Origin: Gammaproteobacteria bacterium
GTDB taxonomy: Bacteria; Pseudomonadota; Gammaproteobacteria; Ga0077536
Assembly (NCBI GenBank): GCA_963662545.2
Contig: CAXXLL010000003.1
Coordinates: forward strand, 480,001-544,000
Reading direction: 5' to 3'
DNA length: 64,000 nt
Shown: positions 35,925 through 44,662 of the stretch, piece by piece
Position numbering within the stretch: the stretch's first letter is position 1
Layout of the letters: the number at the start of each line of letters is the position of its first letter
Made by a program: the position numbers and the translations under genes
The notes under the pieces: model-generated
Seen by the model: only the letters and a program-made list of their open reading frames with translations
Databases searched by the model: none
What the model was told of the DNA's origin: nothing

Positions 35925-38372
35925 TCAGCACCGGATCCGCTCGGATTCGGGGTCGTATAGAGGTTGCAAGGAAGTGATCGCCGGTATCCGCTCGCCCGCC
36001 ACTTCAATTTCGTAGGCGCCGCTGGTCACGAAGGCGTCGTCGACGCCTTCGGAACGGTTGACGTAACCGAGTCCGATCGCAGCACCTAGGGTGTGACCGA
36101 ACACGCCCGAGGTGATATACCCGACGATGCGGTCATCCCGCCAGATGGGTTCGTTTTGGAACAGGAGTGGCCCGGGATCGGAGAGCTTGAACTGCACCAA
36201 GGCCCGGGACGGCACTGCTTCGAGTTGCCGCATCAGGGCATCACGCCCCAGAAATCCGCCGGGTTTTTCGGGCTTGACGACGAACATGAGTCCCGCTTCG
36301 AGCGGCGAATCTTCGTCACAGATGTCGTGTCCCCAATGCCGGTACGCTTTCTCCATGCGCAATGAATTCAAGGCGTGGTAGCCCGCGTGAACGAGTCCGA
36401 ATGCCGTGCCCGCCGCGACGATCGCTTCGTAGACGCCCAGGGCGAATTCCGTAGGCACGTACAATTCCCACCCGAGCTCGCCCACATAGGTGATGCGCGA
36501 AGCACGAACACGCGCGTAACCGATCTCGATCTCTCGGCTCGAAGCAAAGGGAAACCCTGGAGGCGATAGATCATCGGGCGACAGCGACTGCAGAAGATCG
36601 CGCGAACTGGGCCCCATCACCGACAGGACCGCGAAGGCGGATGTGACGTTTGACAGGAAGGCGTGGCTACCGTCGGGTATCTGGCGTTCGAGCCAGTGAA
36701 AATCACGGACCTCGGTCTCGCCGGAGGTCACGATCAAGAAATCGTCTTCGGCGAGGCGCGTCACCGTCAAGTCGGCTTCGATACCGCCGCGTTCATTCAG
36801 CCATTGCGTATAGACGACGCGCCCGGGTGCCACCGCGATGTCGTTCGCCGAAACCCAGTTGAGCACCTGTTCGGCGTCGCGACCCTGCAGGCGAAACTTG
36901 GCGAAGGAGGTCTGATCGAACAACGCGACATTCTCTCGTACCGCAGCGTGTTCCGCCGCCGAATACTCGAACCAGTTTTCGCGCCCGTAGCTATGCTCAT
37001 AGCGCGGATCGATGCCTGCGGGCGCATACCAGTTGGGGCGCTCCCAGCCAAAGTCGAGTCCGTGACAGGCGCCGCACGCGACCAGGCGATCGTAAAACGG
37101 CGAGCGGCGTACCCCACGCGCGGTTTCATTCTGGCGGAAAGGCCAGTGCGTCGCGTAGAGCAAGCCCAGGGATTCCTTCACGCGGTCGTGTAGGTATTTG
37201 CGGTTGGTCTGAAACGGCAGATTGCGTCGGATGTCGACCTCCCACAGGTCCATAGGCGGGTGACCGTCGCGGATCCATTCGGCGAGCACTTTACCGATGC
37301 CGCCGGCCGACTGGATCCCGATCGAGTTGAGGCCAGCGGCGACAAAACAGTTGTCGAGATTCGGCGCTTCGCCGAGGTGGTAGCGGACGTCCGGTGTAAA
37401 GCTCTCCGGCCCGCAGAAGAACGTTTGAATACCGATATCCGCGAGGATCGGCATGCGGTGCAAGGCCATTTCTAAGATCGGCTCGAAATGTTCGAGGTCG
37501 TCAGGAAGCTGATCGAAGCAAAAGGACTCCGGTATCCCGTCCATGCCCCAGGGTTTCGATTCCGGTTCGAAGGCTCCGAGCAGAATCTTGCCCGCGTCTT
37601 CCTTATAGTAAGCACAGGCGTCGTAGTCGCGCAGTACCGGGAGCTCGCGAATGTCGCCTTCGAGTGGCTCCGTGACGATATAGAAGTGCTCGCAGGCATG
37701 CAGTGGTACTTGAACGCCGACCGTCGCCGCTAGTTCGCCGGTCCACATGCCGCAGCACAGCACGACGTAGTCGGCCTCGATCACGCCGCGCTCTGTTTCA
37801 ACGCCGCGGATCTTGCGGCCCTGCGTCAAAATCGATTGGACCTTCGTATCTTCGAAGATGCGTGCGCCGCCCATTCGCGCTCCGCTCGCCAGGGCCTGCG
37901 TAACGTCGACCGGGTTCACCTGTCCGTCGGACGGGATCCGGATCGCCCCGATCACATCACCGGTATGGATCAGGGGGTAACGCGCTTTGACCTCGTCCGG
38001 CGTGATCACCTCGACGGCCAAGTCGAACACCTTCGCCATCGACGCCATGCGCTTCAACTCCTCAAAGCGCCCGTCGGTTGTCGCCAACGATATCGAGCCG
38101 TTCTGCTTGAAGCCCGTCGCCTGGCCGGTTTCCCGTTCGAGGTCGGTATAGAGTTCCGCGGTGTACTTCGCGAGGCGGGTCATGTTGCGGGAACCGCGAA
38201 GCTGCCCCACGAGACCCGCGGCGTGCCAGGTGGTGCCGCAGGTGAGCTGCCGGCGCTCGCACAGCACCACGTCCTCGATACCGATTTTCGTCAGGTGGTA
38301 GGCCATGGAACAACCCACGATGCCGCCTCCCACGACGACGACCTCCGCCCGGTCTGGAATCGCATCAGTCAA
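35925..38372 (-). CDS. FAD-dependent dimethylglycine/sarcosine dehydrogenase-like protein with GcvT domain
   Basis: GGGIVG, GTTWHAAG, GPESFTPD, GWERPNW, YVGELGWE, LRMEK; TTG start. Confidence 0.88.
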   Translation of the reverse strand: MTDAIPDRAEVVVVGGGIVGCSMAYHLTKIGIEDVVLCERRQLTCGTTWHAAGLVGQLRGSRNMTRLAKYTAELYTDLERETGQATGFKQNGSISLATTDGRFEELKRMASMAKVFDLAVEVITPDEVKARYPLIHTGDVIGAIRIPSDGQVNPVDVTQALASGARMGGARIFEDTKVQSILTQGRKIRGVETERGVIEADYVVLCCGMWTGELAATVGVQVPLHACEHFYIVTEPLEGDIRELPVLRDYDACAYYKEDAGKILLGAFEPESKPWGMDGIPESFCFDQLPDDLEHFEPILEMALHRMPILADIGIQTFFCGPESFTPDVRYHLGEAPNLDNCFVAAGLNSIGIQSAGGIGKVLAEWIRDGHPPMDLWEVDIRRNLPFQTNRKYLHDRVKESLGLLYATHWPFRQNETARGVRRSPFYDRLVACGACHGLDFGWERPNWYAPAGIDPRYEHSYGRENWFEYSAAEHAAVRENVALFDQTSFAKFRLQGRDAEQVLNWVSANDIAVAPGRVVYTQWLNERGGIEADLTVTRLAEDDFLIVTSGETEVRDFHWLERQIPDGSHAFLSNVTSAFAVLSVMGPSSRDLLQSLSPDDLSPPGFPFASSREIEIGYARVRASRITYVGELGWELYVPTEFALGVYEAIVAAGTAFGLVHAGYHALNSLRMEKAYRHWGHDICDEDSPLEAGLMFVVKPEKPGGFLGRDALMRQLEAVPSRALVQFKLSDPGPLLFQNEPIWRDDRIVGYITSGVFGHTLGAAIGLGYVNRSEGVDDAFVTSGAYEIEVAGERIPAITSLQPLYDPESERIRC

Positions 38373-38535
38373 TACACCGTCCTCACGTTTATGTTTGAAG
38401 CATTAAAAGGCGTCCGCGCGGCTATGGGAAGCGCCTGCTCCGGTGATCGTCGATGGCCCGGCGATAGGCTGTCGCGCACCCGGGCTCTCGGCACGCATGT
38501 CGAATTCCCTTGAGCGGCGTGAGATCCTTTGATCG

Positions 38536-39240
38536 ATGAACGAAACCCTCACAGTCATTCCTGTCATAAACCTCGCCTTTGCATTCGCCCCGGTTGGCGC
38601 GGTCGCATTTGTTCTGTGGCGCTGGTCCGCCGGCAGCAACACGGCCATCTATGCAACGGCGAGGATGATCGTACAGCTCGCGCTCATCGGATACGTATTG
38701 ACCTATGTTTTCGAGACGGATAGCGCCGGTATCGTCGTTGCTGTTCTTGCAATCATGCTCGGAGCGTCGAGCTGGATCGCTCTGAGGCCACTCGAATCCC
38801 ACGGCCGCGGCCTGTATTTGAAGACGCTCTTAGCGATTGCCATCGGCGGCGTGTTCACGCTTGCAATCGTCACGATCGGCGTATTGAGGCTTGACCCCTG
38901 GTTCGCGCCGCGCACGGTGATCCCGATCGCCGGCATGATCTTTTCCAGCGCAATGAATACCGTAAGCCTTGCCGCGGAACGCTTCGAAGCGGAACGAAGG
39001 AACGCGGTGAGCTATGAACTGGCGCGCAGGCGCGCGCTCGAAACCGCTCTCATCCCAATGGTAAACCTGTTTCTCGCCGTCGGTTTGGTATCGCTTCCGG
39101 GAATGATGACCGGGCAGATACTGTCTGGCGTAGAACCACAGATTGCCGTTCGTTATCAAATCATGGTCATGTGTATGACTTTCGGCGCCGCCGGGATCGC
39201 GGCCATCGCCTATCTGCTCTTCATGAAACCGCACGAATAA
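38536..39240 (+). CDS. UPF0014 / FetB (YbbM)-like ABC permease
   Basis: RM.VQL.LIGYVL, IPIAGMI..AMN, VGLVSLPGMMTGQILSG..P..AVRYQI. Confidence 0.85.
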   Translation: MNETLTVIPVINLAFAFAPVGAVAFVLWRWSAGSNTAIYATARMIVQLALIGYVLTYVFETDSAGIVVAVLAIMLGASSWIALRPLESHGRGLYLKTLLAIAIGGVFTLAIVTIGVLRLDPWFAPRTVIPIAGMIFSSAMNTVSLAAERFEAERRNAVSYELARRRALETALIPMVNLFLAVGLVSLPGMMTGQILSGVEPQIAVRYQIMVMCMTFGAAGIAAIAYLLFMKPHE

Positions 39241-39421
39241 CGGCTTAGGTGGATGGTGAAGATGCGGGAGCAGTCACCAAGCCCCAAGGATCCCGATCGC
39301 CAGCCCGCGAAAACGGGTGTGGCGAATAACTCGAGTCGCTCTCTCTTTTTCGAGGTTGGATTAATTTTTCCGTCTCCGGCACTCTTCACGCCGCGGAAAA
39401 AATACATGAGGGGAAAACACC

Positions 39422-40183
39422 ATGGCGGAAACCTGTGAAGGTAAAGTTGCACTTGTCACCGGCGGCGGATCCGGGATCGGCCGAGCGAGCGCCGTCGCGC
39501 TGGCGCGTGAAGGCGCGCAAGTGCTGATCGCAGACCTCGATCTGGCCGCTTGTGAAGGTACGGTCAGCCAGATTGAAGCCGGCGGCGGCGAGGCGCTTGC
39601 CTGGCAGGTCGACGTATCCGACGAAACCGGTGTTGAGTCGATGGTGCAAAAGACCATCGACCACTTCGGCCGCCTCGATCTCGCCTTCAATAACGCCGGC
39701 ATCGGCGGCGGCATGGGAAAAACTGCGGATTACGATACCGCTACTTGGAACCAGGTGATCGCCGTCAATCTGACGGGGGTATGGTTTTGCATGAAGTATG
39801 AACTTCGGCAGATGATGGCCCAGGGCAACGGCGCGATCGTGAACACGGCGTCAGTCGCCGGGCTCGTCGGCATGAGTCATGCTCCCGCCTACTGCGCGGC
39901 CAAACACGGCGTCGTCGGCCTCACCAAGAACGCCGCCCTCGAATACGCGAAGTCCAACATCCGCGTCAACGCTGTATGTCCCGGCGGCGTGCACACGAAC
40001 ATGACTGAAACCGCTGAAAAGGAGATTCCGGGCTTCCTCGACAAGCTCGCCAAGCACGAACCGATGGGGCGCCTGGCCGAACCGGAGGAAATTGCAAGTG
40101 CCGTCGTGTGGTTATGTTCCGACGGCGCATCGTTCATGACGGGACATGCGCTCGCCGTGGATGGAGGTTTCGTGGCGCGGTGA
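39422..40183 (+). CDS. Short-chain dehydrogenase/reductase
   Basis: TGGGSGIG, NNAG, YCAAK. Confidence 0.92.
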   Translation: MAETCEGKVALVTGGGSGIGRASAVALAREGAQVLIADLDLAACEGTVSQIEAGGGEALAWQVDVSDETGVESMVQKTIDHFGRLDLAFNNAGIGGGMGKTADYDTATWNQVIAVNLTGVWFCMKYELRQMMAQGNGAIVNTASVAGLVGMSHAPAYCAAKHGVVGLTKNAALEYAKSNIRVNAVCPGGVHTNMTETAEKEIPGFLDKLAKHEPMGRLAEPEEIASAVVWLCSDGASFMTGHALAVDGGFVAR

Positions 40184-40252
40184 ATCAGACTCGAAGTCGG
40201 AGTAAGAGACAGCTTTGCAACCCGAGCATTCATCGATCGTTCAAATGACGAA

Positions 40253-42091
40253 ATGAATATTCTAGGTATTTCCGCCTACTATCATGATAGCGCGGCCGCG
40301 TTGATCCGCGATGGTGGAATTATCGCCGCCGCGCAGGAAGAACGCTTTTCACGCAAGAAGCACGACGCCCGGTTTCCCGGGAACGCGATTCGCTATTGCC
40401 TTGATGAGGCGCACTTAAACCTCGGCGATGTCCATCGGATAGTCTTCTACGATAAGCCACTACTCAAATTCGACCGCCTGATGGAAACCTATATGGCGTA
40501 CGCTCCAGTGGGATTCCGCTCTTTCGTCGCCGCGATGCCAGTCTGGCTTAAAGAAAAACTCTATTTAAAAACGGAGCTCAAAACTGCCTTGGCCGAAATC
40601 GGCGCATGTAAAGTCGCCGAACTCCCGCCGCTGATGTTCACCGAGCATCATGAATCCTATGCGGCGTCGGCTTTTTTCCCCAGTCCATTCGAGCGCGCGG
40701 CCGTACTGTGTCTCGACGGTGTTGGGGAATGGGCGACGACCACGGTTTGGCTAGGCGAAGGGAAGACGCTCGAGCCGCAATGGCGCATCGATTTCCCCCA
40801 CTCACTGGGGCTCCTCTATTCCGCATTCACCTACTACACGGGATTCAAAGTCAACTCGGGTGAATACAAACTAATGGGCCTCGCGCCCTACGGTAAGCCG
40901 CTATATACCCAAAAAATTCTGGACAATGTAGTCGACATCAAGGACGACGGGACCTACCGCCTCAATATGGATTACTTCGATTACACGACCGGGCTGACGA
41001 TGACGAACGCCCGCTTCGACGAGCTGTTCGACGGTCCGCCGAGGCAGGGCGAGACACCGCTGACGAGGCGCGAAATGGATATCGCGGCGTCGATTCAAGC
41101 GGTCACTGAAGAAGTGGTGTTGCGTCTCGGGCAAACCATCCAGCACGAGCTGGATGTGCAATCCCTCTGCATGGCTGGAGGCGTTGCGCTCAATTGCGTG
41201 GCCAACGGGCGGCTGCTGCGAGAAGGGCCCTTCGAGGACATCTGGATCCAGCCGGCGGCGGGCGATGCAGGCGGTGCCCTCGGTGCGGCACTCGCGGTAT
41301 GGCACGAGTTTTTCGGCAAGGAACGGTCCGTCAACGGCAGCGACGCGATGGCAGGTTCCTATCTCGGTCCCCGTTTCAGCGACGAGGAGATCCGCGCCTA
41401 CCTCGATTCGGTCGAAGCGAACTACGAGGTCGTGGACAAAGCCGTGCTTTATTCACGCATTGCCGAGGTGCTGGCTGACGAGCATGTGGTCGGTTGGTTC
41501 CAGGGCAGGATGGAGTTCGGCCCGCGGGCGCTTGGTGGGCGATCGATCATCGGCGATCCGCGCAGCCGCAGCATGCAGTCCGTGATGAACTTGAAAATCA
41601 AGTATCGGGAGTCGTTCCGGCCCTTTGCCCCGGCGGTGCTGAGCGAGCGCGTGTCCGAATGGTTCGATCTCGACCGGGCAAGCCCCTATATGCTACTCGT
41701 TGCCGATGTCGCGACCGATCGGCAGATCCCGATGACAGAAAACGAGCAGTCGCTCTTTGGAATCGAAAAGTTGAACGTGTCGCGATCGGAGATCCCGGCG
41801 GTCACGCACGTCGATTATTCGGCGAGGGTCCAGACAGTACACGAAGAGACGAACCCCGGTTTCTACAAGCTGTTACAGGCGTTCGAGCGGCGCACGGACT
41901 GCCCCGTGTTGGTCAACACCTCTTTTAACGTCCGCGGCGAACCGATCGTGTGCACGCCCGAGGACGCCTATCGCTGCTTCATGCGTACGGAGATGGATTA
42001 TCTGGTGCTCGAAAATTACGTGCTTGCCAAAACCGAGCAGCCCGCCTGGGACGAGGATGATTCCTGGAAGGATGAGTTCGAGCTGGATTGA
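40253..42091 (+). CDS. O-carbamoyltransferase (NodU/CmcH/SxtI family)
   Basis: HDSAAAL, EERFSR.KH, DGVGE, EYKLMGLAPYG, GGVALN, AGDAG, EFGPRALG.RS, RPFAP, NTSFN. Confidence 0.93.
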   Translation: MNILGISAYYHDSAAALIRDGGIIAAAQEERFSRKKHDARFPGNAIRYCLDEAHLNLGDVHRIVFYDKPLLKFDRLMETYMAYAPVGFRSFVAAMPVWLKEKLYLKTELKTALAEIGACKVAELPPLMFTEHHESYAASAFFPSPFERAAVLCLDGVGEWATTTVWLGEGKTLEPQWRIDFPHSLGLLYSAFTYYTGFKVNSGEYKLMGLAPYGKPLYTQKILDNVVDIKDDGTYRLNMDYFDYTTGLTMTNARFDELFDGPPRQGETPLTRREMDIAASIQAVTEEVVLRLGQTIQHELDVQSLCMAGGVALNCVANGRLLREGPFEDIWIQPAAGDAGGALGAALAVWHEFFGKERSVNGSDAMAGSYLGPRFSDEEIRAYLDSVEANYEVVDKAVLYSRIAEVLADEHVVGWFQGRMEFGPRALGGRSIIGDPRSRSMQSVMNLKIKYRESFRPFAPAVLSERVSEWFDLDRASPYMLLVADVATDRQIPMTENEQSLFGIEKLNVSRSEIPAVTHVDYSARVQTVHEETNPGFYKLLQAFERRTDCPVLVNTSFNVRGEPIVCTPEDAYRCFMRTEMDYLVLENYVLAKTEQPAWDEDDSWKDEFELD

Positions 42092-42093
42092 CC

Positions 42094-42507
42094 ATGACCC
42101 AATCGATAGATATTCCGGAACTAAACGCCAAAGGTCTCAGGCAGTTTGCGTTTACCATGGGTGTGATCATCGCGGCCCTGTTCGGAGTGCTGCTGCCGTG
42201 GCTGTGGAATGCTTCCTTCCCCGTGTGGCCCTGGGTCTTCGCATGCCTGTTCGCCACCTGGGGCGCCGCGGCGCCGACGAGCCTGCGGCCGGTTTACCGC
42301 GCATGGATGCGCTTCGGATTATTGCTGAACCGCATCATGACGCCTGTGATACTCGGCATCGTGTTCTATCTAGTGATCACGCCAATGGCCGTTCTCATGC
42401 GCATTCGAGGACGCGATACGATGGCGCGATCGTTTGACACCAAAGCCAAGAGCTATCGACTCGAGAGCACGCGCTCGCCAGTCGAAAAGATGGAGAAACC
42501 TTACTAA
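42094..42507 (+). CDS. SxtJ family membrane protein
   Basis: LRQF, P..L.PVY.AWM.FG, L..VFYLVITP, RD.M; follows the carbamoyltransferase. Confidence 0.8.
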   Translation: MTQSIDIPELNAKGLRQFAFTMGVIIAALFGVLLPWLWNASFPVWPWVFACLFATWGAAAPTSLRPVYRAWMRFGLLLNRIMTPVILGIVFYLVITPMAVLMRIRGRDTMARSFDTKAKSYRLESTRSPVEKMEKPY

Positions 42508-42523
42508 TGGAGAAGCCTGACTA

Positions 42524-42676
42524 GTGTTAGACCTCTTGAAAGACCTCTGGGGTTATATGCGCGAGAACAAGAAATACTGGCTCGCCCCGATCATCATCAT
42601 TATGGTTTTGCTGGGCGGACTGATCGTGTTCGCGCAAGGGTCCGCCGTGGCCCCGTTCATCTATACCTTGTTCTGA
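42524..42676 (+). CDS. DUF5989 / SxtK-like small membrane protein (50 aa)
   Basis: Absent from the ORF track. MLDLLKDLWGYMRENKKYWLAPIIIIMVLLGGLIVFAQGSAVAPFIYTLF ends in the diagnostic APFIYTLF. Confidence 0.88.
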   Translation: MLDLLKDLWGYMRENKKYWLAPIIIIMVLLGGLIVFAQGSAVAPFIYTLF

Positions 42677-42682
42677 ACGCCT

Positions 42683-44644
42683 TCAGGTCCAGTGTGAGGC
42701 GCTGCGCCGCTGCATAGATGTCCTGAAATCGCGCGTCGAATTGGGCAGGAGCTCACCCGTGCCCCAGTTGCAGATCACGCCGTAACGCCGGATGACGTCA
42801 TATAGATCGATTTCACCGTCGCGGAAACGCTGTGCCACGGATTCGGGCTCTTCTTGCAGCCATCCACGGCGCTTGGCGGCGATCGTCTCGCGCGCCTCGA
42901 GCGTCGCTTCTTCATCGACCTCATATTCCGCGAGGTCTTCGTCGATGACCTTGATGACGACGCCGTAATCCATCTCGGCGCGCGCGACGGACACATAATC
43001 GTCTTCGACGTCCGCCTTAACCTTCTCGGGATCGCGCTTCAGGGGATCACCGTAGCCGCCGCCGCCGGCCGTTCCACGCCAGAAGCGTGTCCCCCTTTTG
43101 ACCGGCACGTCGGAAAAAACGGCGCCGAGAAATTCCTTTTTACCGCCGTATTCCATCCACAGCCCGTGCGGCCGCGACGGCAGACCGCCCTCGATACCCC
43201 ACACTACGGAACGTTCGCGATCACAGAAATAGGAGAACACACAGTCCTCGGCATCGAGAATCGTGCCTTCTTTGTCGAGGCCCACGCCGCCCCTGAATTC
43301 ACCCGGGCCGGCACTGTCGGTGACGATTTCGAAGCGATCGGTGCGTACCGGACACAGGCGTTCCTGGCCCTCCACGGGCTGGATCATGAGACCCACGCCG
43401 AAGCATGAGGAGGTAGCGCCGAGCCCGTCCTTGCCATTGCGTCCACCCCAGCCACCGGACAGCCAATCATAGAGCATGAAATAAGGCCGGTTCGGATATC
43501 GCGCATCGTAGCCACCGGTTTGCAGATATTCGATGTTGAAAGCGCAGGCCATAGCACGTTCGGGCATGAGCTTTGACCACAGCTCGAAGATCGAATTCAT
43601 GATCTTCTCGAACGGCATGACGAAACCACTGACGGCAACCGGCCAGCGGGCGCTGACGATGGTGTCGTCCGGAACCGTTACGGTAATCGTACGGTAAAGT
43701 CCCGAGTTCAGCGGAATATCGGGAAAGAATGTCTTCATACCGGCGACGATGCCCGCGAACGTACCGCCAAAAGCACAGTTGTACATGGATCCAATCGTGG
43801 GATGTGATCCAGTGAGGTCGAATTCGACCTCATCGCCGCGAATGATCATTTTCACGTGGATGGGGATCATGCCTTCCTCGCCGCTTGGATCCTGATCGAC
43901 GTAATCGACCGTCTCCCATTCGCCGTCGGGCAGTTCGGCCAGGCGCTGCCGAACGGCACGTTCGACGTAGTCTTGTACCTCGGCAAACGCGGTCTTGATG
44001 GTCTCGACGCCATACTTGTCGGCCAGGCGCAGGATTTCGCGCTCGGCAAGCTTACAGGCCTGGGTCTGGGCAACCATGTCGCCGATGATGGCGGACGGAT
44101 CGCGAGTATTCTTGGCGACGAGATTGGCCACATCGGCGCAGTACTCGCCGCGACGCCAGATCTTGACCGGCGGCACGCGAATGCCTTCCTTGAACATCTC
44201 GGTCGCGGTCACATCGAAGGAGCCCGGTACGCTGCCACCCATGTCCGCCCAATGGCCGTTGGCCTGGCTCCATGCGATCAATTCGCTGCCGCAGAAGATC
44301 GGCACGAGCACACGTGTGTCGCTGAAATGCGTGCCGCCGATATAGGGATCGTTGACCAGGAACACGTCGCCCGGATGAATATCTCCGTCGAAATCCTCGA
44401 TGACTGCTTTGCAGGTGTAATGCAGGGTGCCGACGTGTGCCGCCAGGTCCTGATTGCCCTGCGCCACCGTATCGCCGCGGGCGTTACACAGACCGTTCGA
44501 GAAATCACGGTTGTACACCACGAAGGAGTAGCAGGTTCGCCGCACCTGTTCGGCCATCTGATCGACGATCGTGATGAAGGCATTACGCAGAACCTCGAAG
44601 GTGACCGGGTCCAGGCTTGTGATCTTTTTTACGCGCTCGTCCAT
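42683..44644 (-). CDS. Hydantoinase B / oxoprolinase family subunit
   Basis: DPVTFEV, RDFS, PGDVFLVNDPY.GGTH..D, HWADMGG..PGS, GGGGYGDP..RD. Confidence 0.9.
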   Translation of the reverse strand: MDERVKKITSLDPVTFEVLRNAFITIVDQMAEQVRRTCYSFVVYNRDFSNGLCNARGDTVAQGNQDLAAHVGTLHYTCKAVIEDFDGDIHPGDVFLVNDPYIGGTHFSDTRVLVPIFCGSELIAWSQANGHWADMGGSVPGSFDVTATEMFKEGIRVPPVKIWRRGEYCADVANLVAKNTRDPSAIIGDMVAQTQACKLAEREILRLADKYGVETIKTAFAEVQDYVERAVRQRLAELPDGEWETVDYVDQDPSGEEGMIPIHVKMIIRGDEVEFDLTGSHPTIGSMYNCAFGGTFAGIVAGMKTFFPDIPLNSGLYRTITVTVPDDTIVSARWPVAVSGFVMPFEKIMNSIFELWSKLMPERAMACAFNIEYLQTGGYDARYPNRPYFMLYDWLSGGWGGRNGKDGLGATSSCFGVGLMIQPVEGQERLCPVRTDRFEIVTDSAGPGEFRGGVGLDKEGTILDAEDCVFSYFCDRERSVVWGIEGGLPSRPHGLWMEYGGKKEFLGAVFSDVPVKRGTRFWRGTAGGGGYGDPLKRDPEKVKADVEDDYVSVARAEMDYGVVIKVIDEDLAEYEVDEEATLEARETIAAKRRGWLQEEPESVAQRFRDGEIDLYDVIRRYGVICNWGTGELLPNSTRDFRTSMQRRSASHWT

Positions 44645-44662
44645 TGGTGTTCTCCTAGGACC

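Noticed and set aside
40253-42676. Saxitoxin biosynthesis
   Set aside because: Only sxtI/J/K-like genes, which are widespread; core sxtA, sxtG and sxtB are absent from the window.
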